A stretch of 64,000 nt of DNA from Mangrovibacterium sp. (GTDB lineage: Bacteria; Bacteroidota; Bacteroidia; Bacteroidales; Prolixibacteraceae). Location of the stretch: the NCBI GenBank assembly GCA_047972415.1, contig JBKEAN010000056.1:9111-73110 (forward strand), given 5' to 3'. The notes beneath the pieces were generated by a model that had not been told where the DNA came from, did not search any database, and saw only the letters and a program-made list of their open reading frames with translations. The first letter of the stretch is position 1. Every line of letters starts with the position of its first letter. The position numbers and the translations under genes were made by a program. Of this stretch, positions 26,784 through 38,836 are shown in pieces.

Positions 26784-27416
26784 ATGAACCATTTCAGAAT
26801 TATATATCTGACTGCCCTAGTCTTCGTTTTGCTAATTATTAGCAACGCAAAAGCCGGTGCACAGGTAGCAATAGTTTCAGGGGTAAATCTATCAACCGTG
26901 CGAAGCCAGATAACACTCGAAAACAAAAAGCCTATTTGGGGTTATCATTCCGGCTTTCATTTTCAATACTACCCGTTTCAGAACTTTCAGAACATTTCCA
27001 TTATCAACGGTGTGGAACTTTACAGAAAAGGCTACCGACAGGATTTCGGAGAGAACTACGACTCAAGATTCTGGTACTGGACTTTTCCTGTTTTACTTAA
27101 CTACTCATTCTCAGACCAGTTTGCCCTACAGGCAGGAGCCGAACTAAGTGCCTTATCGTTCACCAATATTAAGCAGAGCAGCGAAACCTACAATCATTTC
27201 GATACCGGACTGGCATTGGGCGTAAGTTTTTTTAACAACAAACGGGTAAGTTGTTACGCCATGTGTGTTTATGGCCTGTTACCCATGCTCGACTATTACG
27301 AAATAGACGAATTGGGAAATTTTACCCGAGAATTGCATGATATGAAAAACCTGTCCTTTTCAATGGGAGTTAAAATAAATTTATACAATGAAAAAATACG
27401 CTTTTATAAACAATAG
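26784..27416 (+). CDS. Outer-membrane beta-barrel (porin/PorT-like) protein
   Basis: Signal peptide, GVNLS, alternating aromatic beta-strands, FPVLLNY. Confidence 0.7.
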   Translation: MNHFRIIYLTALVFVLLIISNAKAGAQVAIVSGVNLSTVRSQITLENKKPIWGYHSGFHFQYYPFQNFQNISIINGVELYRKGYRQDFGENYDSRFWYWTFPVLLNYSFSDQFALQAGAELSALSFTNIKQSSETYNHFDTGLALGVSFFNNKRVSCYAMCVYGLLPMLDYYEIDELGNFTRELHDMKNLSFSMGVKINLYNEKIRFYKQ

Positions 27417-28032
27417 TCTCCTTGCAATACTTGCATGTTTTTGTTTGATAGCCTGTGAGCACACCTTTGTGCCCGACCCCATAGACCCAAGGTTGCCCAA
27501 ATACACCGAAGAGGGCAACAATGTTGCCGGGGCATATATGGACGATAGCATTTGGGAGTCTAAAGTTACATTGATGGTGCTTCCAATGGTTCAGCCCTAT
27601 ACCAAAGATAAACCCTGTTTTGAAGTTTGGCAGCAAAACGACAGTCTTGTTTTGCGGTTTAATGGTAGCATAGCCGAAAAAGCTGCTTCCATCGAATTTC
27701 ATTTGTCTGGTCTCGGCATCTCCGATTTTAAAGATTTAACCACACTAGCAGGACAAAAAATACAACTGGACGGCATTGAAAACACTGCTTACTATATTCA
27801 GAACTTCGAATCGCCAAACTACAACAAAAAAGGTGTTGGACAAATTTATTTCAGACACATTAGCCCAATCGATTCAATTATAAACGCAGATGGAAAAGCA
27901 ATGCAATCAATGGTAATCTCAGGAACATTCGGCTTTTCGGTCAATAATTTTGGTAATGGTGAAGTATTTCAGGTTGCATCAGGCCGGTTTGATTACAGGA
28001 TTATGGAACAAGTAAATTTTGAACTTCGGTAG
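27388..28032 (+). CDS. Hypothetical lipoprotein
   Basis: Lipobox LIAC; LPKYTEEGNNVAGA; C-terminal ISGTFGF...GRFDY. Confidence 0.7.
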   Translation: MKKYAFINNSLLAILACFCLIACEHTFVPDPIDPRLPKYTEEGNNVAGAYMDDSIWESKVTLMVLPMVQPYTKDKPCFEVWQQNDSLVLRFNGSIAEKAASIEFHLSGLGISDFKDLTTLAGQKIQLDGIENTAYYIQNFESPNYNKKGVGQIYFRHISPIDSIINADGKAMQSMVISGTFGFSVNNFGNGEVFQVASGRFDYRIMEQVNFELR

Positions 28033-28098
28033 AACCATATAAACACAACTCGTAAGGCTTCCATTTTGTTTAGTTTGAAGGCAAAAAGTACTATAGTC

Positions 28099-30000
28099 TC
28101 AATTTACCCACTCCAGTTTGTTGTCGATGCGGTGTGTAATTTTGCCGTTATCAATCAGCCAGCGAATCACTTCAATCAGTTCGTCTTCATTTTTATCCAG
28201 TTTAAAAATCAGCTCTTCAAACAAGCAAGGTTCGGCCAGCAGCTCTCTCAGTTGTTCGGATGTTTTGTCCAACGCAAACTGGCTCATTCCAAGTTGGTTT
28301 TGTTCCATACAGATGTCGCATTTACCACAGCGTACCGGGCTTTTTTCGCCAAAATATTCCAAAAGAAGCTGGCTACGGCATTTCAACTTACCAAACGAAT
28401 ATTCGAGCATCGCATTAATCCGCTCCTCGTAATCCCTTTTACGGTCGTCGTAATTTTCTTTCGAAATTTTCAGTCGTTCCGGCTCTACCCGCTCCTTGGT
28501 GTAAACGAGAAATGGCGTTTTTTTGCGGGGGATATAATGAATAATATGCTGGCTTCCCAACAAGCTTAAAAAGCGCAATACCGTATCAACCGGGATATTC
28601 GCACGTTTTGCAAGCAATTCTTCGTCAATTCCCACGTAGTTTGTAAATAGGGCCGAATACGAGCGCAGCAGCAATTTTATAAAGCCGTCGAAATTGGCAT
28701 TAGCCACTTGAAACTTGTACAAGTCGTCGCGCCCAACCATAAAATGAATCCGCGTAGGATTGTCCAGTTCTTCTGTCAATTCCAGATAACCTTCACGCTG
28801 TAAAATTTTGAGGCAACTTAAAATGGTTTGGATTTGCAGCTTGTACTTCCCTGCAAAATCGCCAATGCTGAAATCAAATAGCTGATCCTTCCCATACCCA
28901 ATAGCCAGCTGAAGATAATTGCCCAAAGCCTGGTAAACACGCCGGATAACATCTTCGGGCGGAAACGCTTTTTCAACCTGCTTTTTCAAGGCCAGTTTAT
29001 CCGACTTGGCTGCCAGTAAAACGGCAAAGGCTTTTTTCTCGTCGCGCCCTGCCCTGCCGGCTTCCTGAAAATACGCCTCGGGCGAATCGGGTGGCCCCAT
29101 GTGGATTACAAAGCGCACATCGGGTTTATCAATCCCCATTCCAAAGGCATTGGTAGCCACAACAATGCGGGTTTTGCCGCTTTTCCAATCCTCCTGTTTC
29201 TTCGAGCGGCTCAACGCCGTGAGCCCGGCGTGGTAGTAGTCGGCCGAAATTTGGTTTTGCTGCAGATATTCAACAATCTCGCGGGTTTGTTTCCGGCTGC
29301 GGACATAAACAATACCTGTCCCTTTGGCCCGCTGCACCGACTGCAACAAATACTGCATTTTGTCTTCACGCTCGCGTACCAAATAAGCCAGGTTGCCGCG
29401 AAAGAAGCTCTTTTGCAACACATTTTCGCGTTTAAACCGAAGTTGAGTTTGAATATCCTTCACAACTTTAGGTGTTGCCGTGGCAGTCAGCGCCAGAACA
29501 GGAATGTCGGGTAACAAATCGCGTAACTCACGGATACGCAGGTACGAAGGCCTAAAATCGTAGCCCCATTGCGAAATACAATGTGCTTCGTCAACCGCAA
29601 TCAGGTTAATTTGCATTTGAGTAAGACGTTCGCGAAAACGCTCTGTCCCCACCCTCTCGGGCGACAGGTACAAAAATTTATACTCGCCCCATGCAGCGCT
29701 GTCAAATGTCAGTTTTACTTCCTGTGCCGACATCCCCGAATGGATGGCAAGCGCACGGATTCCCTTGCGTTGGAGGTTTTCAACCTGATCCTTCATGAGC
29801 GAAATAAGCGGGGTAACCACCAAACAAAGCCCTGGTTTTGCCAATGCAGCAACCTGAAAGGTAATCGATTTTCCCCCTCCCGTTGGCATCAAGCCAAGCG
29901 TATCTTTTCCCGAAGAAACCGATTCAATGATTTCTTCCTGCAAAGGGCGAAACTGCGAATAGCCCCAAAATTGCTGCAAAATGGCTTTGTATTTGCTCAA
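28099..30000 (-). CDS. recQ: RecQ-family ATP-dependent DNA helicase
   Basis: MPTGGGKS, DEAHCISQWGYDFRP, ATNAFGMGIDK, QEAGRAGRD, Zn-binding CRS...CGKCDIC. Confidence 0.93.
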   Translation of the reverse strand: MSKYKAILQQFWGYSQFRPLQEEIIESVSSGKDTLGLMPTGGGKSITFQVAALAKPGLCLVVTPLISLMKDQVENLQRKGIRALAIHSGMSAQEVKLTFDSAAWGEYKFLYLSPERVGTERFRERLTQMQINLIAVDEAHCISQWGYDFRPSYLRIRELRDLLPDIPVLALTATATPKVVKDIQTQLRFKRENVLQKSFFRGNLAYLVREREDKMQYLLQSVQRAKGTGIVYVRSRKQTREIVEYLQQNQISADYYHAGLTALSRSKKQEDWKSGKTRIVVATNAFGMGIDKPDVRFVIHMGPPDSPEAYFQEAGRAGRDEKKAFAVLLAAKSDKLALKKQVEKAFPPEDVIRRVYQALGNYLQLAIGYGKDQLFDFSIGDFAGKYKLQIQTILSCLKILQREGYLELTEELDNPTRIHFMVGRDDLYKFQVANANFDGFIKLLLRSYSALFTNYVGIDEELLAKRANIPVDTVLRFLSLLGSQHIIHYIPRKKTPFLVYTKERVEPERLKISKENYDDRKRDYEERINAMLEYSFGKLKCRSQLLLEYFGEKSPVRCGKCDICMEQNQLGMSQFALDKTSEQLRELLAEPCLFEELIFKLDKNEDELIEVIRWLIDNGKITHRIDNKLEWVN

Positions 30001-30050
30001 CGGTCCGGGTTAAAGTATCAATTCCAAAAATAACAAGTGATTTTGATTTG

Positions 30051-30058
30051 CAAAAGTA
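30051..30058 (-). promoter_or_regulatory. Bacteroidota -7 promoter element for recQ
   Basis: TACTTTTG on the minus strand matches TAnnTTTG. Confidence 0.5.
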
Positions 30059-30206
30059 CCGCAATATCCATTGTTCCTGATCAAAACCGATAAGTTATTT
30101 ACTACCACACCCGATTATACTGATGAGACCAAGCCAGCCCTGCAAATCTACCGGCATTGTTTCATTCGCTTCCGGTTTGGGGCATGTAACATCGGCTTTT
30201 TTTTAG

Positions 30207-30214
30207 TAGTTTTG
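30207..30214 (+). promoter_or_regulatory. Bacteroidota -7 promoter element for guaB operon
   Basis: TAGTTTTG 25 bp upstream of the ATG. Confidence 0.5.
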
Positions 30215-30227
30215 AGCAAGAACATAA

Positions 30228-31712
<1,485 letters not shown>

Positions 31713-31732
31713 AAATCGGCCTTCAACAAAAA

Positions 31733-32599
31733 ATGAACATTCGTATCATTTGGCTGCTTTTGCTGGCCTTGCCTTTTGCGGCTGTGGCCCAACCAACCGG
31801 GAGGACTTTGCTGACCATTGGCGGTACGCCCATCACTGTTGACGAATTTGAATACTTGTACCGGAAGAATAATCAAAACCTTTCAGCCGATTCGCTAAAG
31901 AAAACGCCCGAGGAGTACCTTCAGCTTTTTATTAATTATAAATTGAAGGTGATGGAAGCCGAATCCCTCGGGATGGACACGACCGAATCGTTTCGGAAAG
32001 AATTTGCCCAATACCGCGACCAACTGGTTCAATCCACCGGTTTTACCAACGAAAACCTATTGAAAGAATTCCACGACGCAACATTGCTTTTCAATTTAAC
32101 CAAAGAAAAAATTTGGAACAAAACCCACCTCGACAGTGCTGATTTTGAAGCATTTTGCCTGAAGAATAAAGGGCTTTTTAAGTGGGGGCCACGATTTGAC
32201 GGCTGGCTTATCCGCTGCAAAAACCAGGCTGTTTACGACTACATTGATCAGGTTTTTGCTACCGACGACAAAATTTCGCAGGCCGAGCTGGAAGATTTAG
32301 TAAATCTCACTTTTCCAAACGGAGCTTTCATTCAAAACGGTATCTTTGCCCGCAACAACAACGAGTTGGTTGACTACCTGGTTTGGGACGGCCCGAAACC
32401 GGCTGATTTTGCGGATGGACTCGATTTTGTTCGGGGAAACCTACTTGCGCCGTCAGCAAAAACTACCGACGAAGCTCAGGGACTATACATGGCTGCTTAT
32501 CAGAATTTTCTGGAGGAGCAATGGATAAAACAACTGCGCCGTAAATACCCGGTAAAAACCGCCAGAAAAGCGTTACAAACAATTGAAACAGTAAAATGA
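31733..32599 (+). CDS. SurA/PrsA-like chaperone apparently lacking parvulin domains
   Basis: Signal peptide from MNIRII (31733); EFEYLYRKN, EEYLQLFINYKLKVMEA...GMDT; C-terminal YQNFLEEQWIKQLRRKYPV. Confidence 0.75.
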   Translation: MNIRIIWLLLLALPFAAVAQPTGRTLLTIGGTPITVDEFEYLYRKNNQNLSADSLKKTPEEYLQLFINYKLKVMEAESLGMDTTESFRKEFAQYRDQLVQSTGFTNENLLKEFHDATLLFNLTKEKIWNKTHLDSADFEAFCLKNKGLFKWGPRFDGWLIRCKNQAVYDYIDQVFATDDKISQAELEDLVNLTFPNGAFIQNGIFARNNNELVDYLVWDGPKPADFADGLDFVRGNLLAPSAKTTDEAQGLYMAAYQNFLEEQWIKQLRRKYPVKTARKALQTIETVK

Positions 32600-33447
32600 G
32601 CAAACGATTTTTGTTTTACCTTGCCGGAATACTTCTGGCAGTCGGCTGTCAACGGGGTGCCGAAGACAAAACCCCCGTGGCAAAAGTGGCCGAACACTAC
32701 CTGTACCTGGAAGACTTGCGAAAAATTGTCCCCCAAAACCTGCATGGCCCCGATAGCACTGTTTGGGTCGACGATTTTGTGAGAAGATGGGTACAGAACG
32801 AATTACTGATTCTGAATGCCGAACAAAACCTGAGCGACGATCAAAAAAATGTGGAGCGGGAGATTGAAGAATACCGCAATTCACTCATTACCTATCGTTA
32901 TAAGAAAGAACTGATGGCCCAAAAAATGGATACCATCGTCACCGAATCCGAAATCACGGAATATTATCATAACAACCAATCGCGTTACCAGCTCCAAACA
33001 AGCATTTTAAAAGCATTGTACTTGAAAATCCCTCTGGAAGTAGCCAATGCCGGGCAGCTCCGCCGTTATGCCAACGACCAGGACGACCAGAATATGAACC
33101 AGCTGAACGAGTACGGGCTTCAATACGCCAAAGTATTCGACCGCTTTGGCGATAAATGGGTGAGCAGCGAACAAATTACCCAGCAAATTCCGGATGAAAT
33201 TAACATCGATGAACAATTTTTAAGAAGAAACAAGATTATAGAAAGTAGCGATACAGATTATTATTACTTTATTTGTATCCGCGATTTCAGAAATAAAGGA
33301 GATTACGCGCCGGTGGAATTCGTTTCGGAAGAAATCCGGAATATCCTGTTGAACGAACGCAAAATCCAGTTTCTGAAAAAAATTGAGGCCGACATCTACA
33401 AGGAAGCTGTTGCCTCGAAAAAGTTTGAACTATTTAACCAAAAATAA
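32596..33447 (+). CDS. Conserved lipoprotein of the SurA cluster (PPIase-like)
   Basis: Lipobox LAVGC; VAKVAEHYLYLEDL; EEYRNSLI; sits between two SurA-like genes. Confidence 0.75.
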   Translation: MSKRFLFYLAGILLAVGCQRGAEDKTPVAKVAEHYLYLEDLRKIVPQNLHGPDSTVWVDDFVRRWVQNELLILNAEQNLSDDQKNVEREIEEYRNSLITYRYKKELMAQKMDTIVTESEITEYYHNNQSRYQLQTSILKALYLKIPLEVANAGQLRRYANDQDDQNMNQLNEYGLQYAKVFDRFGDKWVSSEQITQQIPDEINIDEQFLRRNKIIESSDTDYYYFICIRDFRNKGDYAPVEFVSEEIRNILLNERKIQFLKKIEADIYKEAVASKKFELFNQK

Positions 33448-33449
33448 GA

Positions 33450-34805
33450 TTGAAAGATATGCTCAGAAAAGTAGTTGCTGCTGCACTCGTATTTTGTCTG
33501 GCAGGCGGTTATACGGCTTATGCTCAAGACAAAATGGTTGACGAAATTGTCGCAGTTGTGGGTAGCAATATTATCATGAAATCCGACGTCGAAGAAATGT
33601 TCATGAATAATCAGGCTCAGGGAATCACCACCGACGGGGATATGAAATGCGAAATACTGGAAGACTTCCTGATTGAAAAATTGTTGTTGGCCGAAGCCGA
33701 ATTGGATACCACCATCACGGTAACCGACAGCCAAATTAACCAACAGCTCGACCAACGGATGCAATACTTCGTTAAAAACCTCGGTTCGGAACGGGCAGTC
33801 GAAGCTTATTTCAAAAAACCCATTGTCGAAATTAAAGCCAGTTTGCAGGAAGTTATCAAAAACCAACTGATGACCAACCAGATGCGGCAAAAAATAATCG
33901 ATGGCGTTGGTATTACACCAGCCGAAGTCCGCTACCAAGTACGGAGTGCAAAAACCGACGATTTGCCGCTAATTCAACCCCAGGTTGAATACGCCCAAAT
34001 TACCGTTATTCCCCCAATTTCGGTTGAAGAAGAAAACCGCATCAAAGCCCGTTTGCGCGATTTCAAAAAACGAATTGAAGACGGCGAAAGCTTTGCCACC
34101 CTCGCCGTTCTGTATTCCGAAGACGGTTCGGCCCCCAACGGAGGCGAATTGGGCTACATGGGCCGCGCCCAGCTCGACCCTGCCTATGCAGCTGTAGCTT
34201 TCAACCTGCGTGGCGACCGCGTTTCGAACGTGGTGAAAAGCGATTTTGGGTACCATGTCATCCAATTGGTCGACCGACGTGGCGAGCAAGTAAACACCCG
34301 CCACATCATACAAATTCCGAAACCATCGACCCAAGCGCTCGAAGATGCCAAAACCCGCATGGACAGCCTCACCTCATTAATCCGCCGCAAAGTTATCAGC
34401 TTTGATGAAGCTGCTATGCGCTATTCGTCGGACAAAAGCTCGCGTAATGCAGGAGGTATTGCCATCAACCCTTACACCATGTCGTCCAAATGGAGCATGG
34501 AAGAACTGGATCCGGAAGTGAGCAAGGTGCTGGCAAAAATGAACGAAAACGAAATTTCGGAGCCATTCCGCACTATCGACGATAAACAACGCATGGTTTA
34601 CAAAACCGTTAGTTTGCTGAAACGTTCCAAGGAACACCGTGCCAACCTGCAGGATGACTACCAGCAACTGGCCGACTTCTACCTGCAAAAAAAGCAGGAC
34701 GAAGCACTTGAAAAATGGATTGCAGAACGTCAGTCGAAAACCTATATCCGTATCGACAACAGTTACGTAAACTGTAATTTCAAATATCAAAACTGGATAA
34801 AATAA
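33450..34805 (+). CDS. surA: SurA-like peptidylprolyl isomerase
   Basis: DEIVAVVGSNII; parvulin motifs FATLAVLYSEDGSAPNGGELG and SDFGYHVIQL. Confidence 0.85.
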   Translation: MKDMLRKVVAAALVFCLAGGYTAYAQDKMVDEIVAVVGSNIIMKSDVEEMFMNNQAQGITTDGDMKCEILEDFLIEKLLLAEAELDTTITVTDSQINQQLDQRMQYFVKNLGSERAVEAYFKKPIVEIKASLQEVIKNQLMTNQMRQKIIDGVGITPAEVRYQVRSAKTDDLPLIQPQVEYAQITVIPPISVEEENRIKARLRDFKKRIEDGESFATLAVLYSEDGSAPNGGELGYMGRAQLDPAYAAVAFNLRGDRVSNVVKSDFGYHVIQLVDRRGEQVNTRHIIQIPKPSTQALEDAKTRMDSLTSLIRRKVISFDEAAMRYSSDKSSRNAGGIAINPYTMSSKWSMEELDPEVSKVLAKMNENEISEPFRTIDDKQRMVYKTVSLLKRSKEHRANLQDDYQQLADFYLQKKQDEALEKWIAERQSKTYIRIDNSYVNCNFKYQNWIK

Positions 34806-34811
34806 ATCGGC

Positions 34812-35777
34812 ATGGTTAACTTCAAAAACGAGGTTGAAGCAGTTGATACCCTGAATGCAAAAATGCAGTTACTGCACAATGAAGTTAAAAAGCGCATTTA
34901 CGGGCAGGACGAAATTGTTAAACAGGTACTGATTTCGATGTTCAGCCGTGGGCACTGCCTGCTTATCGGCGTTCCGGGACTGGCCAAAACCTTGTTGGTG
35001 AATACCATCTCTGAGGTCTTCAACCTCAAATACAGCCGTATTCAGTTTACGCCCGACTTGATGCCCTCCGATATTATAGGGACAGAGATATTGAACCGCG
35101 ATCGCGAATTTAAATTCGTGCCGGGGCCATTGTTTGCCAACATTATTTTGGCCGACGAGATTAACCGAACACCGCCAAAAACGCAGGCAGCCCTGCTGGA
35201 AGCCATGCAGGAACGGGCGGTAACCGCTGCCGGACAGCGATTTGAACTGGACAAACCTTTTTTTGTACTGGCCACGCAAAACCCCATTGAACAGGAAGGG
35301 ACTTATCCCCTTCCTGAAGCCCAGCTCGACCGTTTTATGTTTTCGATATGGCTTGATTATCCGAAATTTGAAGATGAATTAACCATTGTACGAAACACCA
35401 CCTCAGAGGTACAAGACAAACTGGTTACAATTATTTCGGCCGATGAAATCCGCCTTTTTCAGGATTTGATACTGAAAATTCCGGTAAACGACAATGTATT
35501 GCGCTATGCTGTAAAACTGGCGGCCAAAACCCGTCCCGGAACCGAACTGGCCGACGAACTGGCCAACAAATACCTGAAATGGGGAGCTGGCCCGCGTGCT
35601 TCGCAGTACCTGATTTTAGGTGCCAAAACCCACGCCGCGGTTTCGGGTAAATACTCGCCCGACATTGAAGATGTTCAGGCAGTTGCCAAAAATATTCTTC
35701 GCCACCGTATCATTAAAAACTACAAAGCTGAAGCTGAAAACATTTCAGTCGATCAGCTCATCGACAAACTGCTGTAA
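34812..35777 (+). CDS. MoxR-family AAA+ ATPase
   Basis: GVPGLAKT, RIQFTPDLMPSD, DEINRTPPKTQAALLEAM, ATQNPIEQEGTYPLPEAQLDRF. Confidence 0.95.
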   Translation: MVNFKNEVEAVDTLNAKMQLLHNEVKKRIYGQDEIVKQVLISMFSRGHCLLIGVPGLAKTLLVNTISEVFNLKYSRIQFTPDLMPSDIIGTEILNRDREFKFVPGPLFANIILADEINRTPPKTQAALLEAMQERAVTAAGQRFELDKPFFVLATQNPIEQEGTYPLPEAQLDRFMFSIWLDYPKFEDELTIVRNTTSEVQDKLVTIISADEIRLFQDLILKIPVNDNVLRYAVKLAAKTRPGTELADELANKYLKWGAGPRASQYLILGAKTHAAVSGKYSPDIEDVQAVAKNILRHRIIKNYKAEAENISVDQLIDKLL

Positions 35778-35789
35778 TCTCTTTCGAAC

Positions 35790-37310
35790 ATGTTTGGTTT
35801 CGGTCAAAAATTCAATATCCTCTTGTTTTTCATTATCGCCCTGCCTCTTGGTTTGCTGGCCCAAAACAAAGCCCGGGTTGATATTATACAGGCCGAAACC
35901 ATGAGGAACAACCAAACGATTGTAAAGAATGCCAACCGTTTGCTGGGCGACGTTATTATCGACCATAACGATATTCGCATGTGGTGCGACAGCGCCTACT
36001 CTTACATTGGTACAAACCAGGTTGACGCCTTCGGGCACGTTCGTATTCTGAAGGCTGACACGCTTAACCTGTACGCCAAATTCGTTCGTTACAACGGCGA
36101 TACTAAATGGGCCTATGCCGAAGGCGATGTTAAACTGGTGAACAAAAGCGTTACCCTTACAACCGACACCCTGAACTACGACATGAACCGCGGCATTGGT
36201 TACTACGACGACTACGGTACGGTACAAGACAGTACGAACACCCTTTACAGCAAAATCGGCGAATATTATACCCAAATTGAAAAGGCTTTTTTTAAAACCG
36301 AAGTTGATGTAACCACCGATTCGTACAAAATGCTGTCGGACACCTTGGTTTACGAACCCAAAACCGGAGTGACATCAATTGTTGGCCCTACCACTATTTA
36401 CGACGAAAAAGATACCCTGTACGCCACCACTGGCTTTTACAATACAAAAACTGGTTATGCCGAATTGTATAAGTATCCGGTTATAAAAACCAATGGACAG
36501 GATATGACTGCCGAATCAATTTTTTACAACAAAAAAACCGGCGAAGGGCTGGCCAAAGGCAATGCGTCCATTCACGACATCAAAAACAAAGTGATTGTGA
36601 AAGGAAACCATGTAATTTACAATGACCTGGAAAAAACATCGCAAGTAACCGATTCGGCGCTGGTAATGATGTATTCACCCAAGGATACGCTTTTTTTACA
36701 TGCCGATACATTGCGCACCGTTCCCGATAGTATTTCCAACGAAAAAATATTAAAAGCTTATTACGCCGTAAAATTCTATCGGGCCGACTTGCAGGGAAAG
36801 TGCGACTCGTTGGTTTATTTCACCAAAGACTCAACCATGTGCATGCACCACCAACCGGTAATTTGGTCGGAGGCGAACCAAATGTCGGCCCAGTATATGG
36901 AAATGATGGTGATTGATTCTATCAGCCACGAGTTCAACATGGTTCGCGACGCCTTCATTATTGCCCAGGAAGATTCAGTCCGTTTCAACCAAATAAAAGG
37001 ACGGAATATGAAAGGTTACATTAAACGGAACGACTTGTACCGGATTGATGTGGACGGGAACGGCCAGTCGATGTATTACGCAGCTGACGACGAAGGGCTG
37101 ATAGGACTGAATAAAGCGCAGTCCAGCACCATTGAAATACGTCTCGAAGACAGTAAAGTGAAGAAAATTACCTTTCGCACCACCCCCGACGGAGAATTGG
37201 TTCCCATTGCCGATGTAGACGAAAAGGAGAGTCTGATGCCGGGTTTTAACTGGCAGGACACGATTCGGCCCAAACGGATGGAAGATATTTTTAAAAAGCA
37301 GGCTGATTAA
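35790..37310 (+). CDS. OstA-like (LptA/LptD N-terminal beta-jellyroll) protein
   Basis: Signal peptide; MWCDSAY, AFGHVRI, LQGKCDSL beta-rich repeats. Confidence 0.8.
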   Translation: MFGFGQKFNILLFFIIALPLGLLAQNKARVDIIQAETMRNNQTIVKNANRLLGDVIIDHNDIRMWCDSAYSYIGTNQVDAFGHVRILKADTLNLYAKFVRYNGDTKWAYAEGDVKLVNKSVTLTTDTLNYDMNRGIGYYDDYGTVQDSTNTLYSKIGEYYTQIEKAFFKTEVDVTTDSYKMLSDTLVYEPKTGVTSIVGPTTIYDEKDTLYATTGFYNTKTGYAELYKYPVIKTNGQDMTAESIFYNKKTGEGLAKGNASIHDIKNKVIVKGNHVIYNDLEKTSQVTDSALVMMYSPKDTLFLHADTLRTVPDSISNEKILKAYYAVKFYRADLQGKCDSLVYFTKDSTMCMHHQPVIWSEANQMSAQYMEMMVIDSISHEFNMVRDAFIIAQEDSVRFNQIKGRNMKGYIKRNDLYRIDVDGNGQSMYYAADDEGLIGLNKAQSSTIEIRLEDSKVKKITFRTTPDGELVPIADVDEKESLMPGFNWQDTIRPKRMEDIFKKQAD

Positions 37311-37322
37311 AGCCCAAGCCCT

Positions 37323-38747
37323 TTATTCCCCGAAAAACTCTTTATTGAAATTAACCAGGTAGAGCTCCTTTACCGGCCGTGTAAAAGCGGTGTACAACCA
37401 ACGCAAAAACTCCTGGTTCAACATGTCCTCCACCAAATAGCCTTGGTCGATAAACACTGCATCCCACTGGCCACCTTGCGCTTTGTGGCAGGTAACAGCA
37501 TAAGCAAACTTCACCTGCAACGCGTTAAAATGCGGGTTTTCTTTTATTTTTTCCCAACGCTTTTTCTTGCTTCTGATGTCGGCATAATCTTCGGCAACAG
37601 CCTGGAACAGCTTCATATTATCGTCGCTCGAAAAACTGGCCGACTCAATGGTTAAAGTATCCAGAAAAATTTTGCAATCAATTTCCAAATTGTCGTAATC
37701 AATAAAACGAAGGCTGACGTTGGCAAAGCGAAACCCATACAATGACTCGTATTTCCGGATCGACTTTACTTCAACAATATCGCCGTTGGCAATAAAATCG
37801 AGCCGCTCATCGTCGGCCATCCAGAAGTAGTTGTTTTTTACCACCATCAGCAAATCGCCCACCGTAATTTCGGCTTCTTTGTACAAAATTGACGAGCGAA
37901 TCCCCTGGTTGAATTTATTGGCTCGTTTGTTCGAGCGGGTAATCACCATAGTTTGCTGTTCGCCATAAGTATCGTAGCATTTGGCGATCGTTTCAATTAA
38001 ATCGGCCCCACCTATTCGCCTGATGTCGGAAAAACCGTCCAATTCGATGGGAAAATAATCGCCATAAAAATCGCCTTCGCCAATCAATTCGCGAAGCATG
38101 GTTGCATTGTGCAATATCCCCGAGTCCTGTTGCTGTCTCACCACATCGGTCAGTTCTACTTCGTCAATATCAAGCCCGTACAGTCCCAGTTCGGCAGCAT
38201 CCAGTGCGGGGCTCAGTTCCATGCCAACAGGTGGCAGCTGCGCCGTATCGCCAATCAGAACCAACCGGCAATTTTGCCCCGAATACACATACTCGTACAA
38301 ATCGTCGAGCAAGCGCCCCGAGCCAAAAACCGACGCATCGCCAGCACTATTCGAAATCATAGAGGCCTCGTCCACCAGAAAAAAGCAATTTTTATAGAGG
38401 TTTTTGTCCAAAACGAAACGCCCCATACCATCCGCCGAGCTTTGCTGACGGTAAATGCGCTTGTGAACAGTTAAAGCACTTTTGCCAGTGTAGGTCGAAA
38501 GCACTTTTGCCGCCCGCCCGGTTGGGGCCATTAACACTGTTTGAATCTTAAAGTCTGTCAAGGTTTTCACCACGGCATTCACCATACTGGTTTTTCCGGT
38601 ACCGGCATAGCCCTTCAGTAAAAATGCCCGTTCCTGATTTTCGGAGCTGATGAAACCAGCCAATTTTGCAGCCAGTTCATCCTGGCTCTGGGTTGGCGGA
38701 AACCCTAAATTTTCGAGCAATTTCTGATGTAGGTGTTTTTTTAGCAT
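37323..38747 (-). CDS. RecD-like SF1 ATP-dependent helicase
   Basis: GYAGTGKT, APTGRAA, VDEASM, GDTAQLPPV, TCHKAQGGQW, YTAFTR. Start placed at MLKKHL. Confidence 0.9.
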   Translation of the reverse strand: MLKKHLHQKLLENLGFPPTQSQDELAAKLAGFISSENQERAFLLKGYAGTGKTSMVNAVVKTLTDFKIQTVLMAPTGRAAKVLSTYTGKSALTVHKRIYRQQSSADGMGRFVLDKNLYKNCFFLVDEASMISNSAGDASVFGSGRLLDDLYEYVYSGQNCRLVLIGDTAQLPPVGMELSPALDAAELGLYGLDIDEVELTDVVRQQQDSGILHNATMLRELIGEGDFYGDYFPIELDGFSDIRRIGGADLIETIAKCYDTYGEQQTMVITRSNKRANKFNQGIRSSILYKEAEITVGDLLMVVKNNYFWMADDERLDFIANGDIVEVKSIRKYESLYGFRFANVSLRFIDYDNLEIDCKIFLDTLTIESASFSSDDNMKLFQAVAEDYADIRSKKKRWEKIKENPHFNALQVKFAYAVTCHKAQGGQWDAVFIDQGYLVEDMLNQEFLRWLYTAFTRPVKELYLVNFNKEFFGE

Positions 38748-38794
38748 CGTGGCTAAATTAAAGGAATCGCCCGATTGTAATTTAATTTTTTTTA

Positions 38795-38802
38795 TAAATT
38801 TG
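38795..38802 (+). promoter_or_regulatory. Bacteroidota -7 promoter element
   Basis: TAAATTTG 34 bp upstream of 38837. Confidence 0.55.
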
Positions 38803-38836
38803 CAAACAAACAAAAACTAATCTTAAATACGCAATA

